This document shows, one piece after another, positions 1 through 12,229 of a stretch of 64,000 nucleotides of DNA. Positions within the stretch are counted from its first letter, which is position 1; each line of letters starts with the position of its first letter. Under the pieces are notes generated by a model. That model ran no database searches. It was not told the origin of the DNA and saw nothing but the letters and a program-made list of their open reading frames with translations. Both the position numbers and the translations under genes were made by a program. The DNA is from Octopus vulgaris (Eukaryota): NCBI GenBank assembly GCA_951406725.2, contig OX597830.1:23312001-23376000 (forward strand), written 5' to 3'.

Positions 1-66
1 GGAATCGAAACCGCGATCCTCCGACCGCGAGTCCGCTGCCCTAATCACTGGGCCATTACGCCTCCA
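1..66 (-). mobile_element. tRNA-derived SINE family A, 5' head (truncated by window edge)
   Basis: Reverse complement TGGAGGCGTAATGGCCCAGTGATTAGGGCAGCGGACTCGCGGTCGGAGGATCGCGGTTTCGATTCC has A and B boxes and matches the head of the full copy at 48446. Confidence 0.85.
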
Positions 67-69
67 CAT

Positions 70-425
70 ACTTGATAGATACAAAAGAAAATTTATTTTT
101 TCAGGGTACAAGAGCTGTGAGCTTCGCATTAGTTTACCATAAATGTTCCTTCTTCGTGGACCTTTGACTATACGTTCACGTTGTAGAGGTCAACAGCTCA
201 GCTGACCCCTACAACGTTGCATGACTTTTGTTCTCTGTCCTACAGGGCAATATCAGGTCTGTTGGGTTTGCACCGATTTGCTGTTTTCATTGGGGAATTC
301 CACCAGCATTCCTTGTTTTTAAAGCTGTAACCACTTTTTGGCTCTGACATGCCTTTGATGTATCCGCCAGGGAAATCCTTTCTGCGGATAGTTATAGTAA
401 ATGGTTTTTTGCAACGATATCATGT
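70..425 (-). pseudogene. Degenerate R4/Dong-like LINE restriction-like endonuclease (RLE) fragment
   Basis: Minus-strand translation with stops and frameshifts: HDIVAK...KECWWNSPMKTANRCKPNRPDIAL.DREQKSCNVV...NIYGKLMRS. This resembles the RHD...NRPDI C-terminal RLE domain. Confidence 0.6.
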
Positions 426-444
426 CTGTTATGCCTCACCGTTA

Positions 445-550
445 TGTCTGTCTGTTTGTCTGTCTGCTTGTTTGTCTGTCTGTCTGTATGAATTTATGTA
501 GGCGGGTGTGTGCGTATGTAGGTATGTACGTACGTACATACGTTTGTATG

Positions 551-582
<32 letters not shown>

Positions 583-808
583 TGTATGTATGTATGTATG
601 TATGTATGTATGTATGTACGTTAATCTGTACGTACGTATTTATGTACGTACGTGTCTGTCTGTTTGTCAGTCTGTATGTATAAATATATGAATGTATCTA
701 CCTATCTACCTCGCTTGCTATGTATGTATGTATGTATGTATGTATGTATGTATGTATGTATGTATGTATGTATGTATGTATGTATGTATGTATGTATGTA
801 TGTATGTA

Positions 809-885
<77 letters not shown>

Positions 886-891
886 ATGTCC

Positions 892-935
<44 letters not shown>

Positions 936-1879
936 GTCTGTCTGTCTGTCTATCCATCCATCTATCTATTTACCTCGGTGTGTGTGTGTGCGCGTATGTA
1001 AGTATGTGTAGAAGTTATTAAAATGTGCGCATATCTGTGTGTGTTTCAGAACAACGTGTGTGTATTGGGCATTTTATCTCTATTTCTTCACTGTATAGTT
1101 GTGCTTCAATGTGTGCGTGTGTTCGTGTGTACGGTGCATTTATGTGTGTGTATTAGTACGTTTTGTGGTTCTGTTTATGAGTGATGAGTGTGTGTGTGTG
1201 TGTGTGTGTGTGTTTAGAAGGTTATTCGTTGGTTGTGCTTCTGTGTATCTACACGTGCATAAGTGTGTTCTATATACATTTATACGTCACGTGGTTGTGA
1301 TTGTGCGAGTGTGTACATGCATGCTTGTATGTGTGAGTGTGTGTGTGTGTGTGTGTGCTGTATTGTATGTATTCAAATGAAGTGTCGTATTTGTGTATGT
1401 ACTGCTGAGTCTGTATGTGTGTGTGCATGTGTTTGCGTGTGTGTGTGTATGTGTGTGTATCTTTGTGTGTTTGTGTGTATGTGTGCGTTGTAGTGTATGT
1501 ATTAAGATGACGCGTTGTTGTACTGTGTGTGTATATGTATGTATGTATGTACCTGTGTGTGTCTGCGTGCGTGTGTGCATGTACGTGTGTGTATTATGTA
1601 CGTGTGTGCGCGTGCGTGTTGTGGTGTATGTATTAATATGACGCGTAGTTGTACGTATGTGCGTGCGTGTATGCGAGTGTGTGTGTGTATGTGTGTGTAT
1701 GCGTGTGTGCTGTACTCTGTGTATTAATATTGACATGACGCACAGTTGTACTCGTGTGTGCATGTATCTACTTCTGCAAGCGTGTGTGTGTGTGTGTGTG
1801 CGTGAGTGTATATATGTATGTATGTGTGTTCGTGCGTGTGTATGTTTATCTGAGTGTGTTTCTGTATGAGTGTGTGTGC

Positions 1880-1924
<45 letters not shown>

Positions 1925-2460
1925 TGTGCGTGTGTGTCTGTGTGTGTGTTCATGCGAGATAGTGTGTGTATGTATGTGTTTGCGCGCGCGCCTGTGTGTG
2001 TCTATGTATGTGTGCGTGTGTATGTTCTATGTTGCCGGTTTGCATTCAAGCATGTGTATGTGTGTTTGTAGCGATTGTGTGTGCGGTGACTTTCCGTGCA
2101 CGGGTGAGCATGCTTTTTCTTTTTGTTTGTCTGTGTTGTGTATGTATGTATGTAACTGTAAGTTGTATAGTAGTGTGTATGTATGTATGTATGTATGTAT
2201 GTATGTATATATGTATACATGCATGTATGTGTGTGCACGTGTTTTTGTATAAGTGTGTATTTTGCTTGTATGTGCATGTATGTATGTATATGTATGTATG
2301 TATTTGTATGTATGTGTATGTATGTGTATGTATGTATGTATATATATGTATGTGTATGTATGTATGTATGTATGTATGTATGTATGTGTATGCATGTGTA
2401 TGTATGTATGTATATATGTATATATATATGTATGTATATATGTATATATATATATATGTG

Positions 2461-2491
<31 letters not shown>

Positions 2492-3037
2492 GTATGTACA
2501 TGTATGGATGTATGTGTACGTTAGTATGTATGTGTATGTATGTGCATGTATGTGTATGTATATGTATGTATGTGTATGTATGTGTATGTATGTATGTGTA
2601 TGTATGTGTATGTATGCGAATGTATGTGTATGTATATGCATGTATGTGTATATATGTATGTGTGTATGTGTATATGTATATGTATGTATGTGCATGTATG
2701 TATATGTATGGATGTGTATGCATGTGTATGTAGGTATGTGTATGTATATATGTATGTGTATGTATGTATGAGTATGTGTATGTATGTGTATGTTTTTGTG
2801 TGTGTTTGTATGTGCCTGTGTGCGAATATGTGCATATGCGTGCATGCATACGTGCGTTTGTGTGTGTGTGTGTGTATGTGTGTGCGTGTGTGTTTATATG
2901 TATGTGTATTTGCAGTGCATGCGTCGTGTACAATACGACTGTGTGTGTACGCTAGTTTTACTGTGCGGATGTGTTTGTTATCTGTTTTAGAATGTTTGTT
3001 ATGTATTGGAGTCTATATGTAGAGTATGTATTTATAA

Positions 3038-3123
<86 letters not shown>

Positions 3124-3488
3124 CGGTGTTGCAACGGTCTGTGTGCTTGTGTGTAAGTTGTTGCAGTGAATATACACGCAGTTTTTTGTGTTCGTGTGTG
3201 TATCACAAACAAACATACACACACACACACACACGCACGCACGCACGCATGCACGCACGCACACACACACACACACACACACACCAGCATTTTGCGACCG
3301 TCTAATTGAGACAGATTTGTTCTTTCTCTCTCCACTTTTTTCACTACTCGTCTGTTCTTTCCGTAGAAGAGCGTATGCTCGAAGCATAAAAGATTTTTTC
3401 TTCTATTTTTCCTGAGCATAAATCCAATAGATTGTCTTTTATTTTTTTACTTCGTCTTCGTGTTATAATTTTTGTGGCACACACACGC

Positions 3489-3558
<70 letters not shown>

Positions 3559-3620
3559 GTACACTCATACATACATATATTCATATATATAAACACGCGC
3601 GCGTGCACGCACTTATACAT
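445..3620. repeat. Compound microsatellite field (TATG, TCTA, TG/CA, TA)
   Basis: Directly visible simple repeats; they generate the CMYV/HTYI pseudo-ORFs. Confidence 0.97.
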
Positions 3621-3924
3621 GCACATAAATACACGAAGGTGGGGACTATAGTGTATAACGTATATGATAAATTCTTAATTTATATAGACGTTCCTCGTGG
3701 ACAGATCAATAAAACAAACTGAGGCAACCTTGAAGAAGAAAGAGACGACGATTTGAAGAAAAAACTAAGAATTCCTTGGTTGAGTTAACCGTGCTTAATG
3801 AAAAGGTAAAGGTAAATCTGACCTTTGTTTCGGAGATGTGGTACAGCGATAGACGTATTACTGTCTCGGTTGGATCCCTTTAGTGTGGCAACGTCCTTCT
3901 CCTCCTTGAACAGGTATAGGCGAT

Positions 3925-4140
3925 TTACTTGCTAGTTATTTACGTAAACTCTTCGCATCCCATGGAGCATAGGATATCAATCACTATTCTCCACTTCTCT
4001 TCTCGACCCTGGGCTGTCTTTTTTTTGTTTCTCTCCAGTTGGATCTCAGCATTTTCCAGTTATTTCTGAGAATCCTCATCTCCAGTTATTTTTAGGGCGT
4101 CTTCTCCCAGGTTTTGTTGGTTGTCACTTGTCATCGATGC
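3925..4140 (-). mobile_element. Degenerate RTE-like LINE 3' end
   Basis: Minus strand gives fragments GRRRPKNNWR, AQG and LCSMGCEE followed by a short TAA/AGTAA-like tail, resembling RTE C-termini. Confidence 0.4.
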
Positions 4141-5363
4141 TTCGATAACTTTGCTATTTTCTATGTAGAGCAGCTGGCTCCATGCAAATCCATTTTTACC
4201 TCTGAGAAGAAACCTGTTCTTTGATCTCCTTTAGGTCTTTGAGGTTGGGTCATAGTTCCTATAGTTATCTTGAGCCCACGAGCTACCATATCGAAACAAG
4301 AACAGGACCTTGTGGTAGATGATCGGTTTAACGTATGTGGAAAGTGTTGAAGGAGGAGAGCTGACGGAATCGTAAGCACGTCAGATGAAATGTTTGGTGG
4401 TATTTCTTCTGCCCTTATGTTCTGAGTAGATATTCCACAGAGGCCGACTTTGCTTTTTATCCTTTCAAGGTCGATAAAATAAGTACCAGCTGAACACTGA
4501 AGTCGCTGTAATCGACTTAACTGAGTAAGAGTAAAAAAAACTACGCTCCTCTACCAAACCACGTCGAGCCAGTGTGACAGAGTAAGCTCATCAAACCAGT
4601 ATGATCTCAAGTTCAAATTCACGGCCTCCGTGGTTGGTAGATAGGACATGTTGAGGGACCTTGTCCTGCAGTGGACTGAACATAGGCAATCCACACCAAT
4701 CCAATCCAATCACAAAAAGGGTTTGGCGGACGCTTGGACGAGGAGAATATACGATGGGTAGCTTTATGACAGATTTGAGTATAAGCACGAAGAAGAATAA
4801 AAAGAAGCGGAGAAGGAGGAGAAAAGAAAGAGAAGAACAGCATCAGGGACTACAACTAAATTTTGCAGTATGAAATGAAATGTTTTTCTCAAGGAGACAA
4901 CGCGCCGAGAATTGAACTCACTACCATACGATCGATCGCGAGCCGAAGACACTATGCCACGCCCCGACACGATATATCTATATATATATATACATACATA
5001 CTTACATCGAACAGCGAGAATGAGCGCTCAACACCGCATTCGTGGATAAATATTCTTTATTGTGGGATTAATAAGGCCACCAATGGTTTCATGTTGAGAG
5101 AAAATCTCTCAACAATTATCAAGTCTGTCTTCATTTTGGATGACAATACAAAATGGAGATAAGAACTATGTTCCCGTGTGGCAGATTTGATAAACCATTG
5201 GTATCTTGTTAATCCACAAATAAGTATATATATATATACATAATACATACATATACATATGTATACATAAACATATACACATATATGTATACATATACAT
5301 ACATACATACATACATACATATACATATGTATACATAAACATATACACATATATGTATACATA

Positions 5364-5448
<85 letters not shown>

Positions 5449-6328
5449 CAGCAATACCACCACCACCATCTCCACCAGTACTCAACTGGTACTTATTTTA
5501 TCGACCCCGAAAGGATCAAAGGCAAAGTTAACCTCAGCGGAATTCAAACTGAGAACGCAAAGAAGGACGAAATACCACAAAGCATTTTGCCAACGGTTCT
5601 ACCAGCTCGCTGCCTTAATAACAACAACAACAACAACAACAACAATAACAACAATAATAATAATAATAATATTAATAATAATAATAATTCTACAGGAAAA
5701 CTTTTTCTAATAAAATTGAGTCCCAGAAAACATTCATTAAAAAAAAAGACGGTATGGTCATCGATGGAATTCATTTGATCACAGAATTGCTCGGTAAGAA
5801 TTGGTTTGGTTGCTAAGCAGCAACGAATTGCATGCTCTGAATTTGAACTCGCAACCTCTAAACCTGATTCTTCCTTTGCCCATACCCACTCAGCTACCTT
5901 TCCTCAATGGGAACAGTAAAGCGAACCAAGTCAGATTACTTCAAAGAATACAAAAAGCACATTCCCCCGCCCTCCCACCTTTTTTTAAAAAATGTTTTAC
6001 CAAAAATACATTGACTCTAGAGGATATGATGAATGGATAAGTTGACCTTGGAAGAATTTTCAATTGAATACTGAAACAGTTCAGAAAGAAACCTTATATT
6101 GTGGACTATGTGTGTTGTGATTCTACGTTCTGTTAATAATTTATTAGTTCATGACTCCCTTGTATTTACGGATGGAATTAATAATATTGAGTTTCATCGA
6201 GATTTCGAGATACAGCAATGAATTGAGGAAACAAAACATAATATATATAGGAGCCACAGGAAGTTGGGAATAAAATAGAAATACTGTACACAATATACAA
6301 TACATCTATTTAGTTATCCGTCTGTTTG

Positions 6329-6407
<79 letters not shown>

Positions 6408-6419
6408 GTCTTTCTAGCA

Positions 6420-6474
<55 letters not shown>

Positions 6475-6897
6475 CATCTATCAATTTATCCATCTGTCTG
6501 TCTGTCTGTCTGTCTGTCTGCCTGCCTGCCTGCCAGTTTGCCTCTCTGCCTGTTTGCCTGTCCGTCTATCTATCAACATGGATACGTACATACATACATG
6601 TGAAGGTGTGTGGCCTAGCGGTTAGGGCGTTGCACTCACGCCCACTAGATTGTAGGTTCGATTCCCGGACCGGCTGGAGCATTGTGTTCTTGAGCAAAAC
6701 ACTTCATTTGAAGTTCCCCTGTCAACATGTGATGCGTGCCACACTTGTGCACCTGTGCAGGTAATGAAGTAGTGCCCATTTGATGTACAGCACATGCATT
6801 CGATCACTATAAACAAACCAATTGTGCGAGTCGTTCAGCAAAAACTAAATTCGTACCTCCCCTTCGACGGGAGATTTTACATAACACGCATACGCAG

Positions 6898-6981
<84 letters not shown>

Positions 6982-6991
6982 ATATGTATAT

Positions 6992-7357
6992 ATGGTTCCG
7001 GGTTCATTCCCACCGCGTGGCACCTCGAGCAAGTGTCTTCTACTATAGCCTCAGGCCGACCAAAGCCTTGTCAGTAGATTTGGTAGACGGAAACTGAGAG
7101 AAGCCTGTCGTGTATATGTATATATGTATGTGTGTGTGTGTTTATGTGTTTGTGTTTGTCCCCCCAACATTGCTTGACAACCGATGCTGGTGTGTTTATG
7201 TCCCCGTAACTTAGCGGTTCGGTAAAAGAGACCGATAGAATAAGTACTAGGCTTACAAAGAATAAGTCGTGGAGTCAAGTGGCTCGACTAAAGGCGGTGC
7301 TCCAGCATGGCCACAGTCAAATGACTGAAACATGTAAAAGAGAAAAGACTAAAAAGA
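6992..7357 (+). mobile_element. SINE family B (5'-truncated)
   Basis: Matches the full copy at 52856-53260 (GGTTCCGGGTTC...GTGGCACC...GGATTTGGTAGACGGAAACTG...GGTGCTCCAGCATGGCC). Confidence 0.85.
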
Positions 7358-7378
7358 GTATATATATATATATATATA

Positions 7379-7387
7379 CAGGGGTGG

Positions 7388-7480
<93 letters not shown>

Positions 7481-7548
7481 GATAGATAGGTAGGTAGATA
7501 GATTATTAGATTGCTAGAAAGACAGACAGAAGTAGGTAGATAGATATG

Positions 7549-7619
<71 letters not shown>

Positions 7620-7700
7620 GTAAGTAGGTAGATAGATTATTAGATTGCTAGAAAGACAGACAGAAGTAGGTAGATAGATATTTAGATAGATAGATAGATG

Positions 7701-7789
<89 letters not shown>

Positions 7790-8325
7790 CATCATAGTAT
7801 CGTCCTTTTGAAATATCTATAAAACCGTCAAAAGCTTGTTTATTTTTGTGTTTTTTGATTTATTATTATTGTTGCTTAATATATTTTACTAAAATTACTG
7901 TTTATCTGATCAAATTCATCCTATGGTTGCGGAACTGTTTCCGGAGAGAAACGCAATTATTCAGGATGATAATGCACCAATTCACACAGCTAAAGTTGTT
8001 ACTGAATGGCACGGGGAACATTCTAGTGAAGTTGAACATGTTATCTGGCCACCACAGTCCCCAGATCTCAATATTATTGAACATTTATGGGGCATTTTAG
8101 AAAAACAAGTAAGGAGTCGATATCCTCCACCATCATCACTACAAGAACTGGTGACTGTTTTAGCTGAAGAAAGGAGAAAAATTCCTTTGGAAACAATTCA
8201 AACTTTGTATGAGTTCATACCTCGTAGAATTCAAGCTGTAATTACAACCAAAGGCGGTCCTACTCCATATTAAAATAAACTTGCTTGAAATTTTAAGGTG
8301 TTACCATTATTTTGTCCAAACCCTG
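7379..8325 (+). mobile_element. Internally deleted Tc1-family DNA transposon
   Basis: Left end TA|CAGGGGTGGGACAAA (7379) and right end TTTGTCCAAACCCTG|TA (8325) are imperfect TIRs with TA flanks. A transposase 3' fragment lies inside; the left interior is replaced by GATA repeats. Confidence 0.65.
7923..8273 (+). pseudogene. Tc1-type transposase C-terminal fragment (DD36E spacing)
   Basis: QDDNAPIH...WPPQSPDLNIIEHLW...IPRRIQAVITTKGGPTPY; 36 residues between the second catalytic D and E. Confidence 0.9.
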
Positions 8326-8374
8326 TATATAGATAGATAGAAAGATATATGAATGTGTTAAGGAAAAGGTTGAC

Positions 8375-8414
8375 AGTGACTTCGAAGTTTCGGCATGTCT
8401 GATTTCGTCAGATG
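8375..8414 (-). ncRNA. Degenerate minimal hammerhead-like motif
   Basis: Minus strand: CTGACGA aatcagacatgcc GAA ACTTCGAAGT C. Core and 10-bp palindromic stem III are intact; stems I and II are decayed. Confidence 0.35.
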
Positions 8415-8940
8415 AAGAGCAATCTGTGTAAACTTATAAGAATTGGAAAAAAAAAAGAAAAGAAACTGAGCTAGTTGGATTTGAACTCAGAGCGTTGGAT
8501 CGAACACTATAAAACTTTTTATCCGACACTTTTACGACTTTGCCAATTCTCCTACACGCGCATATACATATTTAGACATATTGCACACTTGTTGCACATG
8601 CATACCTATTATACACACACATACACATACATACGCATATATTGATATACATATATAATACACATATGGAATATGTGTGTGATTTAGAGAGAGAGAGAGG
8701 GAGAGAGAGAGAAGGGGAGAGAGAAAGAGAGGGAGAGGGGAGAGAGAGGAGAGAGAGAGGAGAGAGAGAGGAGAGAGAGAGAGAGGGGAGAGAGAGAGGG
8801 GAGAGAGTGGGAAAGAAAGAGAGAGAGAGAGATAAAGCCAAAGGGAGAGAGAAGTGTGTTGATAGATATAATATTATGTTAGCAGACAGAATGTTGGGAT
8901 CGATGAAAATTAACCATGTTGTTGCAGTAACAACGTGTAC

Positions 8941-8981
<41 letters not shown>

Positions 8982-9340
8982 CGTTGGTTAACATATTCAG
9001 TACAATTGACGTCATAGGCGAATGTTCTCCCTTAGTTAAAACGTATATTAAGCTGTAGCGTTATTCGTTGAATACACTAATATCTTTTCGGTACTTACAA
9101 TAATTTATTCAACGAATAAAATGTGTAGAGTTCAAAATTTCAAAAGACTCAATCCTATTCCTCCAACATACGTCGCCCTCTTTAAAATTTAAACTCTAGT
9201 TTTGTACATTTTCTTGCCAGTTCTCCTGCCCTCGATGATCTAAGACACGCACATAAACTTCGTATATCTCGAAGTATTCAAAGTCACTGCAGATTATAAC
9301 AGTTACAAAGGCGCGACAAAGAGGCGGGAGATTTTTCTTG

Positions 9341-9416
9341 CAAGGCATCAGCTGAACCGAATCTTTGGATCAATTTCCCTGAAAAGTGATCCGAAGATTC
9401 GATTGACTGGTGTTTG
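9341..9416 (+). other. Pre-miRNA-like hairpin (~30-bp imperfect stem)
   Basis: 5' arm CAAGGCATCAGCTGAACCGAATCTTTGGATCA pairs with 3' arm TGATCCGAAGATTCGATTGACTGGTGTTTG around a 14-nt loop. Several G:U pairs work only on the + strand. Confidence 0.45.
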
Positions 9417-9679
9417 AAAGCCTTAAAAATTTTGACCAAAGAATACAAATTTAAGAGAAGGACATCTGAGTTGTAAGAAAATTCGATGATGAATGCTTTT
9501 GTTTCTAGAATAATGTCGGCCAGTGTAAGACGTCAGACTACTTAAAAATTATTTACCGGACTTGGCTTTATCGGAAATCAGGAACTTGGAGTTCGCTTTA
9601 TAGAATAATGATGTTTATTATTATGATATCATCGTAACTGATTAGAGAAGCGGACCCAGAGCAGGAGACTATTTCAGCA

Positions 9680-9915
9680 AAAGGGCAGCGAGCTGGCAGA
9701 ATCGTTAGCACGCCGGGCGAAATGCGTAGCCGTATTTCGTCTGCCGTTACATTCTGAGTTCACATTCCGCCGAGGGCGACTTTGCCTTTCATCCTTTCGG
9801 GGTCGATAAATTAAGTACCAGTTACACACTGGAGGTCGATGTAATCGACTTAATCCGTTTGTCTGTCCTTGTTTGTCCCCTCTATGTTTAGCCCCTTGTG
9901 GGTAGTAAAGAAATA
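9680..9915 (+). mobile_element. SINE family C (tRNA head + Meta-like core) with 17-bp TSD
   Basis: Head GGCAGCGAGCTGGCAGAATCGTTAGC; core GACTTTGCCTTTCATCCTTTCGGGGTCGATAAA; TSD AGGAGACTATTTCAGCA at 9663-9679 and 9916-9932. Confidence 0.9.
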
Positions 9916-10924
9916 AGGAGACTATTTCAGCAGATATTTCTTGCAAGTGATTCTTACTGCATAGTATACACATGATCAAAAAAAAAAAAAGAAAGAGTTA
10001 AAATGTCCAGCAAAGGTGGTTAATATTCGTTAGTATTAAAAGCAAAGCCGAAAAGAAAAAAAGAGGCTATGTTTATCGTGTGTGCAAATCACGTAATATA
10101 TCTTCAGGATACCATATTAAAGCAGGTAATAAACCAATCTGCAGCGAATTAATAACTTCAGCTTGATTAAGTCTTTCAGTTTTTATTGGGACAGCTCTTG
10201 TTTCGTGCTCTCGTTAATATTGTAATTAACAATCAATCAACGCAAGCTTTAATTGACAGTGGAAGCAGTGACAGCTACGTGGCAGTCGATATTATTCTGT
10301 AGAATGATTTTGTCATCTATAAAACATCCAGTGGTAACGTTATCAATACAGCTTAATTCTTCGACCACAGAAATATGTAAAGTTGACATTCAATATGGCC
10401 GAAAAGACGCTCAACAGCAACAACTGTCTTTTAGCTTAGGTCAGTCTCGAGGCCATGAACTCATAAGGTCTGCACTTAACCCGGTTCCCATGGCGTATAA
10501 ATGACTGAAATTGCATTCCTTCTCATTGAATTGCACGCTGCTCCATCTCACGGCTGCACATTTACTGCGGATTGGGATGGAGCAACGTGAAATGAAGTGT
10601 TTTGTTCAAGAGTACAACTCGCCACCCGGTCCGGGGATCGAAACCATTATCTTACGCTCGTCGGTGCAACACCGTAACTAATAAGCCAAGCGCATTCACT
10701 GTACACAGATTCTGCTAAGATGTTATTCATGGCTCATAGTTTTATGCTGTCTCAGCGTTCTTCAGTAACATTTAATTGCCCGGACGCCTTTGCTGTATTG
10801 TTAATCTTTTGCCAGTCCAAAGCATTTTCACAAGTTTGCCCAAAGCTTTCATGCTTCTCAGCAGACTTTTAATTAGACCTCGAGTAAATATATATATGTG
10901 TTTGTATTATATATATATATATAC

Positions 10925-11132
10925 TCTTTTACTCTTTTACTTGTTTCAGTCATTTGACTGTGGTCATGCTGGAGCACCACCTTTAGTCGAGCAAATCGAC
11001 CCCAGAACTTATTCTTTGTAAGCCTAGTACTTATTCTAGCGGTGTCTTTTGCCGAACCGCTAAGTTACGGGGACGTAAACACACCAGCATCGGTTGTCAA
11101 GCGATGTTGGGGGAACAAATACAGACACACAA

Positions 11133-11219
<87 letters not shown>

Positions 11220-11322
11220 CGACGGGCTTCTTTCAGTTTCCGTCTACCAAATCCACTCACAAGGCTTTGATCGGCCAGGAGGCTATAGCAGAAGACACTT
11301 GCCCAAGATGCCACGCAGTGGG
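10925..11322 (-). mobile_element. SINE family B
   Basis: Reverse complement of the family B consensus with an internal (CA)n/(TA)n tract. Confidence 0.85.
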
Positions 11323-11340
11323 AATATATATATAGTTAGT

Positions 11341-11739
11341 TAGTTAGAGGAGTAAATAAAGTTGGAATAAAGCACAGAAGTATATTTTAGAGAATCTTTC
11401 ATATTTTTCTTGCAGTGAATGATTTAAAATATAACCGGTTTCGATGCATCCATCTTATCAGAGATCAGAAAGAATTTTGGGGGGAAGTCGGAGAGAAAAA
11501 AAATTGGGGCTTAAGTGTTTGCACCCATATTTGTGTTTGTACCTATAACTCAAATATGGGTACAATTTTTTTCCCTCTCTGACTTCCCCCCCCCCAAAAA
11601 AAAAAAAGAATTCTTTTTAATATTTGATGAGATGGGTACATCGAAACCTGTTATATTTCAAATCACTCACTGTAACAAAAATATTAAAGATTCTCTAAAG
11701 TATACTTCTGTGACTTTTCCAACTTCCTTTTTTTAACTA
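11341..11739. repeat. ~400-bp foldback (inverted repeat) with a hammerhead-like motif in each arm
   Basis: AAGTTGGAATAAAGCACAGAAGTATATTTTAGAGAATCTTT is the inverse of AAAGATTCTCTAAAGTATACTTCTGTGACTTTTCCAACTT. Motifs lie at 11428-11466 (-) and 11619-11657 (+). Confidence 0.8.
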
Positions 11740-11777
11740 TAATTTTTGATTTGTACGGAGTCTTAACCCCTTTTCAA

Positions 11778-11814
<37 letters not shown>

Positions 11815-12229
11815 AGCAATAATATATCTCTGAGTGAGACATAAACAGTAGCAGCACGGAATCGTGAAGTGTATTTGCCACCTAAATGTGGCGGACCCAT
11901 AGGGGCCAATGCTACTATTGTTTATAGCCGCCCCAGAAAGACATCTCCTCCAGCTGGCTAACGACACATTGTCTGTGCCCGATCAGTATTTGCGAAGGAA
12001 AAATCATCGTTCCCATCTCTAGCCTTACGTGATACACACTGACCCGGATTTCTGGGTAGTAACCCGTCATCAGCGCGTGACAATCACCAGCTAGTTTCTT
12101 TATTACCGGCACAAGGCCTAAACACAAAGGGGAGTTATGTCGAACAACTGTTATCGCGTAAATCTGATAATCGACCATGTCCATCGTGAGGATCGCCACC
12201 CCCCGTTCAGCATTACAAGGCAAGACAGG

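Larger units (their letters stand above)
9190..10430 (+). pseudogene. Decayed Gypsy/Ty3 LTR-retrotransposon gag-protease
   Basis: Fragments INFVYLEVFKVTADYNSY, EIFLARHQL, SEDSIDWCLKALKILTKEYKFK, MMNAFVSRIMSASVRRQ, knuckle-like KCPAK...GYVYRVCKS, and protease motif VNIVINNQSTQALIDSGSSDSYV occur in the expected order. Confidence 0.8.

Noticed and set aside
401-3722. Dozens of long ORFs ([12 protein letters not shown]), also at 13196-13705, 16769-17511, 32000-37000, 40440-41650 and 62256-63031
   Set aside because: These are translations of stop-free microsatellites, not genes.
8163-8200. CTGAAGA-AAGGA...TCCTT-TGGAAAC hammerhead look-alike
   Set aside because: Lies within the Tc1 coding sequence and lacks stem III and stem I; coincidental.
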